Source of the DNA: Lama guanicoe
Lineage: Eukaryota
Assembly (NCBI GenBank): GCA_013239625.1
Contig: MU053513.1
Coordinates: 1,228,927 to 1,292,926, forward strand
DNA length: 64,000 nt
Reading direction: 5' to 3'
Below, piece by piece: positions 1 through 13,830 of this stretch; the first letter of the stretch is position 1, and each line of letters starts with the position of its first letter. The position numbers and the translations under genes are program-made. Under the pieces are notes generated by a model that was given only the letters and a program-made list of their open reading frames with translations, did not search any database and was not told the origin of the DNA.

Positions 1-1084
1 AAAAATCCTTGCACTTGTTCAAAGTGTAGAGTTTTGAATGAAGTTATTAAGAGCCCCCTCTGACTGACGTAAAACAAATACTTCATGATAGGAAAGTATA
101 AGCGGTTGAAACTGGAAAGAACCTCCAACATCACATAGCCTAATTTTATTCATTTCATGGGGAAGAAAATAACTGAGGCCAAGGAAAGAAGTGGTTTGCC
201 CAACAACTGTTCAGCGTCTGGGCTAGGACCAGGTTAGACCTACACAACTCAAAATGCAGTGTGCTCCCTAAGCTCTTTGTGGTAAAGCACGTTCAGTTAC
301 TGAGGCAGGTGTATTGTGAGGGGACCTTCATTCCTCAAAAAAAAATAAGTGCAGCTGTATAACTCTGATGACTAAGGCCACGACAGAGCATGGAAAAGAA
401 AGCTGAGGATATCATGGGTGGGTCTTCTCTGGCTGACTAAGGACTGTGGCCATTATTCTATAAGCATGTCAAGCCATTAAAGGATTTTAAATAAAACAAA
501 ACAAAAACCAGAAAGCAAAACAAAACTTCCCTATTGCATACATGGGATATGACCTTGCCAACTCGCTTGAAGCTCTCAACAGAAACGCTTCCTTATCTTG
601 TTGCTTTTCTTTCTACCCAACTCAGCAACAACAATGGTCCTCTATTATAGAAGTCTTGTGAGGAAGAAGGTAGAACGGAGTCTTTGCCTGAATAGTTAAA
701 CTCAGATCTGTAATTCCTGGCTCAAGTGAGGTCCAGGAAGGAACTTGAACTAGCCAGAGAGTAAAGGAATCAGGGACCTACTGATTCTAAGTACATTCGA
801 GAGCCCCCACTGCGTCACCAGAGTGCTGTCTGGGGGAAAGCAGGGAAGAGATTTCTGGCTGCAGAAGTCCCTCCAGCATGATTTCTCCAATTCTATAAGG
901 AACAGAGGGAGGAATGCTGCCCCCTGTATAATCCTTGTGTAGCTCCTCAGTCTTCCAGGGACTAAAAGTGATACAGTCCACCGACCCAGGCACACATATA
1001 TAAATTAATTATACAAAAATTAACTCAATCTTTGTTAACAGGTTTAGCAGTTAAGGTTATCAGTTTACTATCAGGAGGCAAAGC

Positions 1085-1450
1085 TAAATTGAGGTGCAAC
1101 CTACAAGACAATGACAAGAATTCTTCAAAAGTGTCAAGGTCATAAAAGACAAGGAAGGACTAAGAAATTGTCCCAGAGTCTAAGGGGTCATGACAATGTA
1201 ATGCTGTATCTCGGACTGGACCCTGGAACAGAAAAAGGTCATAAGTAGAAAAGCTGGTCACTCAAAGAGAATCTGTAATTAAGTACAGTAAAGCAAGATG
1301 TTAACAGTAGGCGAAGCTGGGTGAGGGCTATATATACACATATATACAGATATGTGTGTATATACATACACACACACACATACATATACATATATATATG
1401 AAATTTCCTTGACATTTTTGAAACTATTTAGTAAACTTAAATTTTAGAAA
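1085..1450 (+). mobile_element. Old L1M 3'-end fragment with internal (TA/CA)n microsatellite
   Basis: 'ttcaaaagtgtcaaggtcataaaagacaaggaaaggactaagaaattgtcccaga...gcaagatgttaac' resembles ancient L1 3' UTR. Confidence 0.6.
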
Positions 1451-2025
1451 AAACCATTTCCTACTGAAACTATCAATTCTATGTCTATGAATTTATTCTA
1501 AGGACATAAATAGGAATGTGTGCAAAACTCCACAGGATGTTCACCTCAGTGTTGTTTATGAAACAGAAAAACAGTAGCAGCCTCCAACAATCAGAGACTT
1601 GTAAAATAGGTTATCGTATACCTACACAATGGAATAGTCTGCAGCCATTAAAATGATGTGGCCTAAGAATGCTTACAGGTGACATGAAATGTTTATATTG
1701 TAGTTAAGAAAATAAAGATTATAAAATAATAGCATTTCAGTTTGATTACTATAGTAATAATTACAATAGTTGAAACTTACTGCATAATTACTACGTACCT
1801 TCTGAAATAGGTCTACTAATAGGTCCTACTCGCATTTTAATGAGAAGGAAAAAAAGACCAAATATGGTTAATTAACTTACACAAGGTCAAACAGTAAAGA
1901 TAGTCTGGCTCCCAAAATCACACCCTTAATACATCCTCTCTAATACATGTGTGTATGGTTTGAGCAATGCATGGAAGAACATCAACAGAAATGTAACAGG
2001 ACTTAGCAGAGGCTGGGTATGTACT

Positions 2026-2590
2026 CGTGGTAAGCAGGCTTTCTAGAATGGCCCCCTGAAGATGTCCCAACCTAATCCTTGAATAAAAGAGCGATGCCCC
2101 TCATGATCATGCTATACTACAAGGCACAGCTGACCTTAACACAGTGAGATTATCGAATCACAAGAGCTTCTTTAAAAGCAGAGAACTTTCTTCAACAGGT
2201 AGCACAAGCAGCCAGTGAGCTTCCAAGTGTGAGGAGGATTCAGAGCATTGTTTCTGCTTTGTTGATGGAGGAGACTGTGTGAGAAAGGAGGTCTCCCAGC
2301 TGCCTGTAGGACCAGAGAGCGCCCCAGCTGACAGCCAACCAGACCTCACATCTACAGCTGCAAGGAACTGCAGTCCGACAACAACCTGAACCAGCTTTGC
2401 AGAGGATTCTTCCCCGAGCCTCCACGTTGGAGCCCAGCCTCACCCTTACCTCGATCTCAGTTCCCTGAGTGGAGAACTCAGTTGAATCCGCCCCGACTTC
2501 TGACCTACAGAACTGTGAGATAATAAAGTGGGCAGTTTCACGCTGCTAAGTTCGTGGGAATTTGTTACAAAACAACAGAAAACTAATACA
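2026..2590 (+). mobile_element. MaLR solo LTR (MLT1-type)
   Basis: Typical end 'gacttctgacctacagaactgtgagataataaa...aactaataca'. Confidence 0.8.
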
Positions 2591-4064
2591 GCACTTAAGA
2601 GGGACTTAGAATTAGGAGACAGCAAAATTTATATGTGAAAACCTACAACAGCATCACACTTGATAGAGAAAATATAGAAGTATTTTACAATCTGGAACAA
2701 GATAAGGACATCTATTACTACTACCACTGCTTAAGTTAGGATTCTAATTCCTGACCAATGCTATATTTAAAAATGAGGATATAAGAATTAGAAGAAAACA
2801 TTTGTTATCTAAAGTGATTAGAATCAATAGATGATGAAACCAATAAAAGAGTTCAGTAAGTTGTTGAACACATGACCAACTTAAAAAAGTCAAAAACACT
2901 TCTCTACACTAACATTATCAACCACAGAATATAAGAAAAAATACCATTCAAAATAGCATAGAAATGATAAACTATCTAGGAATTTAATTAATCAAGAAAT
3001 AAACAAGCCCTTTAAAGCGGCTTATATTTTTCACTTCTTTTTCTGTACTTCTCAAACTTTATTTAATGAATATATATTAGTTTGCTAATAAAAATGTACC
3101 ATATCAATAGTGATATTCAAAATAGTTAGAGCATTGGCACCAATCAATCAGAACAACAAGGCAATAAAGTAGTTCAGATGTACAGGTATGTGTCTAGTGA
3201 AAAAGAGCTTTATGCCTTATACTTGTTAATTAAGTGATTATTGTATTTCTCTCCTTCAGCCTTCCACTTTCTTCAAAGAATTTCTCAATCAATTATTTTT
3301 CCCTGTAGTTAGAAAACAAGTGAAAAGAGAGCAATTAGCTCAACAAGGCAAGCTGGCTTACTGAAAAGATTGCCAGAAACGAAAAACAGAGCTGGCTGGG
3401 AGGAGGATGTGTCCACGGAGATAGAGAATGACAAAGTAAGAAAGCAAAACCAGCGCATGTGGCCGGCAGGTGACCAGCAGGCTGGCCATCCCATCCTGCC
3501 TGAGGGGGCAGAGTGAAAACATGTGGCTCAGATTACAACTCCCTGCATGAACTCAGCTGTTCGGAGAATGCAAACAGTGGTGACCTGCTTTCAAATTATG
3601 AAATGACAAGGTTAAAAATCCTCGGAGCTTGATTTTCAGACCCTGGGGGTAAGCAAAAGATAGTCATTAAAGCACACGGACATACCAAATAAGCACTTCT
3701 ACAAAATCCCCCAGAGCGGTAAGTAAATTTAACATAAAAAGCAACCTAAGAGGTCAAATTGTTTTCGCTGTGTAAACACGTTCAAGGAAGGCAATAGAGC
3801 ACCGTCTATACAATTTAACCATGATTGACCCCAAACTGAAAGCAGTTTGTTGCCAAATTGCACTGATGATTCATTCATATCGCTAAGAAAGGTGCAATAG
3901 GTCTGAAAACGACCACCAAAGGCATCAAGACTCTTCTTCCCTTGGGAGATTGTCAGCAAATGCTCCAGAAATTTCTCCCTTGCACTGCCATAAAACTGGT
4001 TCCAATGCCACTCCCTTCTTTCCAGTATATAAACTCCTGTCATTTTTTCCATCAAGCTACCAAG

Positions 4065-4165
4065 TTTTGTGGTATTATTTGCAATACCAGAAAGCCAGGC
4101 CCTTCCTCTGTGGGTATATAGAAAACATTGTATTTCTAAGAGGTTTTGCAAATAATACCACAAAA
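4065..4165. repeat. Inverted repeat / hairpin with 20-bp perfect arms
   Basis: ttttgtggtattatttgcaa (4065-4084) is the exact reverse complement of ttgcaaataataccacaaaa (4146-4165). Confidence 0.95.
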
Positions 4166-6088
4166 ATGGCCTCGCTTAAAAGAACATGACTTTTCCCAGA
4201 AATAAACAAGAGGGGATGAACATATGAAATCAACAAGAAGCTGGGCATTGTATTCAGGTAAGTGATTTGATAAAGAAGGGCTGAACTCGCCTTCGGATTT
4301 CCCTGCTTGGCTTAACCAGTGAAAGATACAAGATCCAAAACCCTAAACTGCAGAAGTCCAAAATCCCAAAAAGGTAAAATGGTGTCTGGTTGGCATCTTC
4401 GAGCAGAATTGACCTTATTAAACACATTCATATTAAGAAGCACCTCATGAAAAGAAAGGAGGCAGTACAAACCTAAAATTGGCTTCTACTGCAAGTTTAT
4501 GGAAAAGAAATCAGGGTGAGGAAAAGATGAGATCATTTAACCCAAAGAAGAAAGGAAAATGGAAAGTTTACAGATCGATGATTGAATCAAAAAAAACCCC
4601 AAGAATTGCATTTCTAGAAGAGAACTCAGTCTCACAATTGGTATTTAAGAGCCGACCTCACTAAATCCAGTGACCACCAGAGACAACATAATCCTGAATT
4701 CAAGGGTGCTTTGGTCAAGCACGCTACCCTCCATAGCTTGGTGTAGAGTAAACAGACAGGAAGTTTCCAGCAAAGCTCCTCCTTGGAAGGTCATGGGCAC
4801 CTGCTCGCAGGGTTCTGTTGTAATAGAGCGAGTTCTGCTCATGCCTCCCCACATAAGCTCTAAGTTCCTTTGAAGTGAGGATCCCATTTTATTCATGCTT
4901 ATATAGCCATGTAGCACATGCGCAAATGCCCACGGTAGGCACCTAGGGAGCGCTTTTCAAACTACCACTGAGTTTTACTAGAGTATCATATGGAATCATG
5001 GGCATAACAGTAACAAAAAGAATCACACAGCACCTTTTACTGGATGCTCACCAGCTGTCATATGACAACTCACAGGTTACTTGATTAAATGAGTGATACA
5101 GTCAGTGAAGTTATCCATATTTTACAGGACTTAAAATTGAAGCCCACAAAGGAGGCGTGGTGAGTACGTGCAAACTTGGGTAGTGAGAAATGTCTGCGCA
5201 CTGTGAGAGGCCACAGGACTCACCTAATTAGAAGCAGAGATTCAAGTACAGCCTAAGGATATTGAGTTGAGCCATCTGTTGTGGAGTCAGGGCTGACAAA
5301 GATGCTTAGTGGTGGGAGACAACATAAAAATCAGGACGTCTTTGCCTATAGAAGATGCCTGCTAAACGTTTGGTAAGTGAATGCAGAGCTGGAGGGGGAA
5401 ACTCAACCACCTTCCCCAGTCAGGGAGTCCTATGAGGTCCTAACTCTGGCGTTCAGCTGGGGATGAATGCTGATCCTTTCTTCCCACCGATGGAAACTGG
5501 AGAATATTTAAGCACCTTGACTCAGAACGCACTGCCTCTTCTCCAGTCAGAATTTGCTGAGGCTTGTTATGGTAGGGCCTGCTCTTTCTCTGCCCTTAAA
5601 TATTTTAAGGCCCTGCAGAAAAACTCTGTGAAATAAAATGATAAGATGTTGTACACAGTTTAAACGGTGTCAACTATGATATTCAAATCATAGCAAAAAA
5701 AAAAAAGTTTCTTATGCCAGAGTCAATGCCTAAAAACTCCAGACAAGGGATGTGTAAATTCCTGACCCACAATTCATCTGTTAAGTATTACACACCGTCC
5801 TAGAAATGTAGGTATGTGTGTGTGTGTCCTTCATAATGTAATCACAAACACAGTCATGGTCGGATATTTCTCTTCTATAGCAAAATAATTATTAGGGAAT
5901 ACCAAAGCTGAATTCTCTAGAGTCAAGAAACAGAAAACCATTTGTCACTGAAGCATGGAAATATCTAATTTGTGTGTCTCTGTGTGTGCATAGCTGTGCA
6001 AAACTGAAATCAAAAAAATTATAATAATACATAACAATAAAGAGAATTAAAAGAGAGACAAATAACCTCATCTCAAAAGCAAAATAAG

Positions 6089-6265
6089 CTAACTACTATA
6101 CATAAAATAGATAAAAAATAAGGTCCTACTGTATAGCACAGAGAAGTATATTCAATACCTCGTAATAGCCTATAATGAGAATGAATATATATATGTATGT
6201 ACAACTGAGTCACTATGCTATACACCAGAAATTAACACATTGTAAACCAACTACAGTTCAACTTA
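6089..6265 (+). mobile_element. 5'-truncated L1 3' end
   Basis: 'ggtcctactgtatagcacag...acattgtaaa' motif; TSD aaaagcaaaataag (6075-6088) / aaaaggaaaataag (6266-6279). Confidence 0.85.
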
Positions 6266-6858
6266 AAAAGGAAAATAAGATGGATAATTGCATATTCTCA
6301 AATGAGTGTTCATCAAAATGCTCTTTGCTAAGTCAGCAGAGAAGATATACTGAGGTTATTAACCAAGTAGAATAGATAAGATAGAACTAAATATTCCCGT
6401 TAAAATTTGTGCCACACTATATAATTGTATCTTAAGCCTTAAGAAAATATCGTTTTGAAAGTGTTTCCTTTGATACTCACAACTGAATCCGTATTTAATA
6501 GTGATCTATCATTTGCCTTACTTCCCAATATAAGTTCTAAAAAAGTGATGTGTTCATTACTCAAGTTTCAAATGAAATTTCAAACAACTTTCTGCTATAT
6601 TCCTGTTCTGTTGTAATCCACTAGCAGCCAAAATTATCTTTTAAAACTATGTATCAGATCATATCCTTCTCTTGTTAAAAAGACATTCCAACTGAATTGA
6701 ATCCAAACTCACAGTGACCCACGAGGTCGTAGACAATCTGACCCTTGCCTCCCTCTCATCCTCAAATCCTACCAGCCTCACCTGGGCTCCCCTTGCTCCA
6801 GTTAATGGCCTTTGTTTTGTCTCTCATTACAAGAAGCTCATCCCCACCACTGGGTTTT

Positions 6859-7114
6859 TTTTTTTAATCATTATTATTACTGAACTATAGTCAGTTTACA
6901 ACATTGTGTCAGTTTCTGGTGTACAGCATAATGTTTCAGTCATACATATACATTTGTATATTCATTTTCATATTCTTTTCCATTATAAGTTACTACAAGA
7001 TATTGAATATAGTTCCCTGTGCTGTGCAGCAGGACTTTGTCGTTTATCCATTTTATACATAGTAGTTAGTATCTGCACATCTCAAACTCCCAATTTAACC
7101 CTTCCCACCCTCTT
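6859..7114 (-). mobile_element. 5'-truncated L1 3' end inserted in an L2 remnant
   Basis: Poly-T then L1 3' UTR; TSD cccaccactgggtttt (6843-6858) / cccaccacagggcttt (7115-7130). Confidence 0.85.
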
Positions 7115-9887
7115 CCCACCACAGGGCTTTTGTGCTGGCTGTTCCCTCTATCCAACCACCCTGTCCATATGTCTTCCCATGGCTGGCTCCTTTTAGTCAC
7201 CCAGGCTAACTTCATCCTGAGGCCATCCTTGACCATTCAACCTAAAACAGCCCCAAGTCCCACCGTCAGTCATAGCATTTACTGCCCTTTGAAATCATTC
7301 TGTTAATCTCTTTGTTTACTTATTCTCTCTCTCTCTTTCTCTCTCTCTCTCCAAACAGCCTCTACCTCTGGCAACCATCACCCTCAGAAGAATGAAATCT
7401 CCAGGAAAGTGGGGCTGAGGCCTGTCTTGTCCAGCACAATAGTCCTGGAAGACAGGAGTGTCCAATACATGGAAGGCACTGAGAAAAATACTTGTTGAAT
7501 TAATAAGCAGTCTTCTAATAATGAAATCTATTCTATTTCTGGATGTGTTTTAGTTGCTTTTTTACAGTGGATTCTCACTGAGGAGCCATATCTTTGGCTC
7601 TCTTTAAAAATCAGGACTATGGCTTCCTCCAGCTGCAAACACACCTGGTATGATGGCAAGACATTTGGAATAAACAGGCTGTTCAGTGAGAGATGAACAC
7701 ATTCTCAAGATAAAAGTTTGTTTTGTTGCAATCAGAATTCTGAAACTGGCTCCTCATGGCATCCTCTGGTTCCAATCAAGCCTCCCTGGTCCTTCCAGAC
7801 ATTCAGCAAGGACTCTCTCCCCTGGATGAGGTGTTAAATTTCAATGACAGAAGAGAAGAGAAAAACACTCTCAAAGTGTAAAAACATTCTGTACAATATC
7901 TAGGTTATCTTTAATATTCAATACCAACTAACAGACCTGCCTTTTTTTTTTTAATTTACCCAAGTAAATTAGAACCCACTTACACTGGGGACAGAGGAAG
8001 GTAGGAGACTAAGGGCGTCATCCACGTTCTAGAAGGGAGAAGAGAAGCAATCTTTTTCTAATTTATTGAAGGCAGACTTTTTAGTAAATTTGTTCAAAGA
8101 TTTACTCCCGATCAAGCCTACGTCAGTAAACAGCAGAGTACAAAAATAATCCTGGTTTTAATCCTGTTCATCTTCCTCCACAAATCACAACCAACACAAT
8201 GTCTTTGAGCTGTCTTCACATGTGAGCTGCTCCCCATGAGTCTGGACTTCATTCTGATGATTCAACCTCATGATGCTAAATGCAAGTGATGTCCAGCCTT
8301 ATGTAACTGTATCCTTTGGGTAAACCTTCTGAACATGTAGAGTCATAAATATTTTCCATGTCTGAAGAAATATACAACTGAAGAGGTAATAGGGAGTCAG
8401 CGGGTTAAACTGTAAAGTGCTGACAGCATGGCCAGGCATATGGTAGGAGCTACAAATGAGGGGCTTTAATTAATTAGCTCTTATACAACAAAACAAAGCT
8501 TCTAAGCAAAAACTTGACATTTAAGATAATCATAATTCCAGGTTCTAGTTATACTTCAAAACCTTACTCCTTTTTTTCAAAAATAACATTTAAAAATAAA
8601 ACCCTTGTGTGACATCATATGCATTTAATAACCATCATTATAAAAATGTTGTTTCATTCATTAATTTCATTTCACTTATATAGAATTAAATGCTATGCTT
8701 TATCCATAAAAAGAGACATAAATGTGGGCTAGGATAATGAGAGCAGGTTTCATGAAGAAAATTATTACAAATGTAAATAAAAACAAATCAAGACTTTCAG
8801 AATTATAATTCCTCTAGTAAAAAGAAAACCAAATTTTCATCAGTGTACTGTGCTATAGTAACATCTTTTTAGAGAGCTGATATTTAGCCACTGGCCTTAT
8901 ATACATATTTGACTGTACTTCATGCTAAACCATGCAATTTTGGCATCCTATTTATGAAACATTGGCCTTTCTTCCAGAAATTTTGGAGGGGAAAATACTT
9001 AGTTACTTAACCGACATACATACATGAATGCTCTGACTTTAATTATCAAAGCAATACTTAATGAACTGTATTCACCAGTTCTTAAAGTCATGCTGCCATG
9101 TTAACTTCTCCCTCCCCTCCTCAGGCTGGGTGGTAGGTCTGTCACTGAGGGAAGTTTGATCTTGGGCCTCCTGGTGGTCTTCAATGGACAGGGAAAATGA
9201 AGTTAATTCCAAAATACAGAACTTCTTCCCTCAAGCAGAAACAGTTCTGAGTGTTTGGCCATGGGGTAGGGGTAAGAGAAATTTCTCAGGACTCCCTGGC
9301 TTCTATCACTTTGCTCAGGATCTGAATACGCAGAGCATCCTTCAGAAATCATCGTGATGCATGATTTTTAATTGACTGTCTGCTTGTGTCATTATTGTGT
9401 TTAGCAGATAAATAATCTCTGGGTGACTTGAATTGATGTGAACTTGAGTTTTCGGCAATCATGTAAAACAAACCAAGAAGTCCAAGAGAAAGGCAATACC
9501 CATGCTGTGGTTACAGCATATGCCAGTTAATACTCAAAGGAGGTATTCAAGACAAGGGCACTCCTACAGGTAAAGCAGGTCATTCATTCATCTCAACAGC
9601 CCAATATTAAGCAGCTTGCTAAGGTGACCATGAAATCCACATCAACCCAAAACTGCCTAAACAAGCAGACTGTCTTTTGTATTATTACCACTTATCTTAG
9701 ACAGACAAACCCAAAGTGGGCAATCAGGAGAGGCACAATGACACACAATGGAAATCGCCCCTAGACAGACAGACTGCTGTCTTCTCCAGCTTCCAGGAAA
9801 GCTTTCAGCAAGCTGGTTTTGATATCCATATCTACAGATCAGCCTGCTATGAACTTAGACAGATGAACTAAAAGGACAAAGATCTCC

Positions 9888-10484
9888 AGGAATCCCACTC
9901 CTGGGCAGATAGCCAGAGAAAATTCTAATTCAAAAAGATACATGTGTCCTCATGTTCACAGCAGCACTGTTTACAATAGCCAAGACCTGGAAGCAACCTA
10001 AATGTTCATGGACAGGTGAATGTACATATATATGTATATATATGTATGTGTACATATACACACTACTCAGCCATAAAAAACAATGAAATTATGCCATTTG
10101 CAGCAACACGGATGGACCTAGAGATTATCATACTAAGTGAAGTCAGTCAGAGAAAGAGAAATGTCATGGGGTATCATTTATATGTGGAATCTTAAAAAAT
10201 GATACAAATGAGCTTATTTACAAAACAGAAATAGACTCACAGACATAGAAAACACACTTACGGTTACCAAAGAGGAAAGGGAGGGGGATAAATTAGGAGT
10301 TTGGGATTAGCACATACACACTACTATATATAAAATAGGTAAACAAGGTCCTAATGTATAGCACAGGGAACTAGGTTCAATATCTTGTAATGACATATAA
10401 TGAAAATAAATATATATATGTGTAACTGATCACTATGCTGTACACTAGAAACTAACATTGTAAATCAACTAAACGTCAATAAAG
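9888..10484 (+). mobile_element. L1 3' fragment (end of ORF2 plus 3' UTR)
   Basis: 'atcccactcctgggca...tggaagcaacctaaatg'; TSD aaggacaaagatctcc (9872-9887) / aagggcaaagatctcc (10485-10500). Confidence 0.9.
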
Positions 10485-11559
10485 AAGGGCAAAGATCTCC
10501 TCTAAGTGCCACGCATTTAGAACTACTTAGTATTTCTTTCTTAACTGAAAACAGTTTGTTTGAAATAAGAAACAGTCTGCTTGAGTTGTCTTTGGATTTT
10601 AAGTGGAGAAAAGGATCGCCCTACATCCTGTAAGAGCTTCAAAAACACATCATGCTATCAAAGTTTATAAAGACCATGAAATTTTTTTTAGTTCTTTGGT
10701 ACGTCAGGTAGTTTTTGGATCCATAAATACTATATGAGAGATATATTGTCTCAAAAATGTCATTATAGAAGCATATAAAGATTAAGCTGTATCAGACACT
10801 AATTCTCTGTTCACCACGCTATACACAAGCACAATGACAGAGATATCCGTTGTCATTTGGCGTTGCAGTTTGGAACCAAGCTTTCATACGAGGAACTGAG
10901 GAATAAGAAGGCATTCACACAGTTCGTTCTTTCTATGTGCAATTCCAGTATGGCTTTTCCCCTAAAGAGTTCATTTCTAATTGAAGCAGATCCATAGGAT
11001 ATGCTGGGTTGGAGGAATATTCTCAGAAGTTTCTTCCTAGTGCACAGGTCTTGGGCAATTCCACACTAAATCCTGGAGCAGGACTGGGCAAGGAACAGGC
11101 CAGTTACAAGTGCTGAGGTCCACTGTGGTCTGTAGCAAATTCGTGGGACTAGGCAGAACTGATCTGCTTTCTAAACTAGGAATTAGCCATGCTCTTCCCT
11201 TCATTGACCCTCTTCCGATTTAACTTCATACATCCTAAGTTGGCAGAACTAAAGCATCTCCCAGAATACAGGCCATGGAATATGAGGACAGGTTCCTCCC
11301 CATGATTTATTTTTTTCAATTTCAGAATTCTGGAACCCAACCAAGAGGTACCAAGGGGCATGGCTGAGAAGGAAAGAAAAGCTCTGCTAGTTTTGTTTGA
11401 ATGCTACGATGATGCTGCGCTCCGTTGATAAGAATGGAGCTGAAGTGTCTTAGACTATCTCAATAATTAACAAATGTAGAAATAAAATCCAAAATACTGA
11501 AAAAGTCTACCGCTGTTATTGCGATGATCATGCTAAGCGTCAGTATAAGATAAAGAAGA

Positions 11560-13830
11560 TACCAAGGAAAAATGTTTTAAAACATCAGAGAGGGAAGGTT
11601 TGTTTATATTTATAAAAGGCACAATTTATAACAAAGATATAACAGACATGAATTAGCCCCTGATGACATGACACTGAAATCTAAGTCATCAAAATCCAAA
11701 GAAATACAAATATAAGCTAACAAAACACAAATAGAATAAAATTCTAAGTTCTTATATACACACACTGTCTGACAGAACAATTAGAAAAATAAGAAAATAA
11801 GATTCTATAACTAATAATTATGATTCAACAGTTACATGTTGAACTTTGTAACTTAAAAAAAGAGAGAGAATGTAGATTCTTTTCAAATTCCCATGGGCTA
11901 TTAACAAAATCTGACAATAAAAAGTTAACTAACTTGAAAACAGTAAGATTTGTAAGTTGCTATAAGACATTTTAAAACTATTAAGCTAAACAACCCTTTG
12001 GAAAGACTAATTTTAAAAGAAAAAATACAAATGATTCACAAAACATTGGTAAAATAAACATATATTAATGTATACATTTATAATTTGTATATGTATAATA
12101 TATAAATTAATAGAGAAGAATCTTTATAAGCAAATTCTCAGTACAAAAGTTTGCTACTAAATTTATACTCTTAAAAACTGATTAAATTCTACTAAAATGT
12201 ACCAATGTGGGATTAAGAAAAAGTAGAAAACTCAAACCAACAGCCAGAAAAAAAAACTAAAGTTCTATTTAAAAAACTATTGAAATGGTGTCAAACCATC
12301 ACAAAAAAGCTGACATCTAAATTACTTCAATTATTTCAGTACATAGAAAAAAATTTCCCTACTGTCTTTTAAAACTAGTATAATTCCAGTATTAAAAGCA
12401 GAAGAATAAAAGAAAAGAAAATTAGAGAACTTTTCTAAAAACAAAAACATGCATGAAAGTTTCTCCAAAAATGTATACAAGTGCCCAACAACCACATGAA
12501 AAGATGTTCAGCATCATTAGTCACCAAGGAAATGCAACTCAAAAGCAGAATGAGCTACCACTGAACATGAACTAGAAAAGCCATAACAAAATGTTGTTAA
12601 AGAAACTAAGTTTTGGTGAAAATATGGAGACATTGGAACCCTCATCCATTGCCATTACATGGAAGAACCTTGAAAATCTCATGTTAAGTGAAAGAAGTCA
12701 GACACAAAAGGCCGCATATGGTAAGATTCCATTTATATGAAATATCTAGAATAGGCAAATCTGTAAGGCCAGAGGATGGAGCAGTGATTGCAAGGGACCG
12801 CAGAGAGCAGGGAATGAGGAACAAGTGGTTAGTGGGCATGGGATTTCCCTTTGTGGGGGGTGAGAATGTTCCGGAAAAGACAGGGGTGATGGTTACCCAG
12901 CACTGTGAATGCACTGAATGTCACTCAATTGTACCCTTTAAAATTACTTAAATAGTTAATTTTATGTTATGTGAATTTTGTCACACTAAAAATAAAAAAT
13001 AAATGTATCAAGATCAGTGCTTTCTTATACACGTGTATGAAAAATAAGAGAAAATAATAAAATTTGATTGACAATAGAAAAAAATGTTTTCAAATCTTAG
13101 AATAAAAATGATGTGAAGCACTGTTATGAAGAAACTATGAAATTAATATTCAAAACATGATTCTGATCGCGAAAGAGAACACTCTATATTGTAACTGACA
13201 AACTGAACACAAGTCTAAATAAAATCTGAGGAAAATGTTAACTATAAGCAAACCTAAAGTTAGATCAAAATAAAGGGTATAGAAAGATCCAGACACATTT
13301 AAGAATTTTACATATAATAAAGGTAGGAATTTAAAACAGTCGCAAAAAGATCATTTAATAAATGATTTGGGGATAACTCGCTAACCAGTCAAAAGAAAAT
13401 TCATGTTATTAACTGCAAACTAACCAAACCAACGTAAATTACATATGTTTTAAAAACACAGATACAAAAAAGGAAAAGCAAAAGTGCTAGAAGAAAAAAG
13501 AAATGAACACCAGTATCATCTTAGCCTGAGAAAGTACTTCTTAACATGAAACAGAAAGCAGTAACTACAAAAGAAATTATTGATTCATTCGCCACATGTA
13601 TAATTAAGATGCTAAATTAAAAGGCTAACAATGAACCTGGCAAAACAACTACTTTCATAACCATTGATTGCATAATGATTTTTATTTACTAGCATTATCT
13701 GTTCTTTGTTACTCACAGAGTCCTTGAAAATACCCACACATTCACCAGAAAAGGAGATAATGCCCAATACTAAACAACAAAAAAGTTTAACTACTTTGCG
13801 AACCAAAGAAATTAAACTAATAGTCATTCT
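11560..13830 (+). mobile_element. Decayed old L1M ORF2 and 3' fragments (includes an L1MB-like 3' end at about 12660-13000)
   Basis: A-rich strand bias; 'atgaaaagatgttcagcatcattagtcac', 'gtgaaagaagtcagacacaaaaggcc'. Confidence 0.7.
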
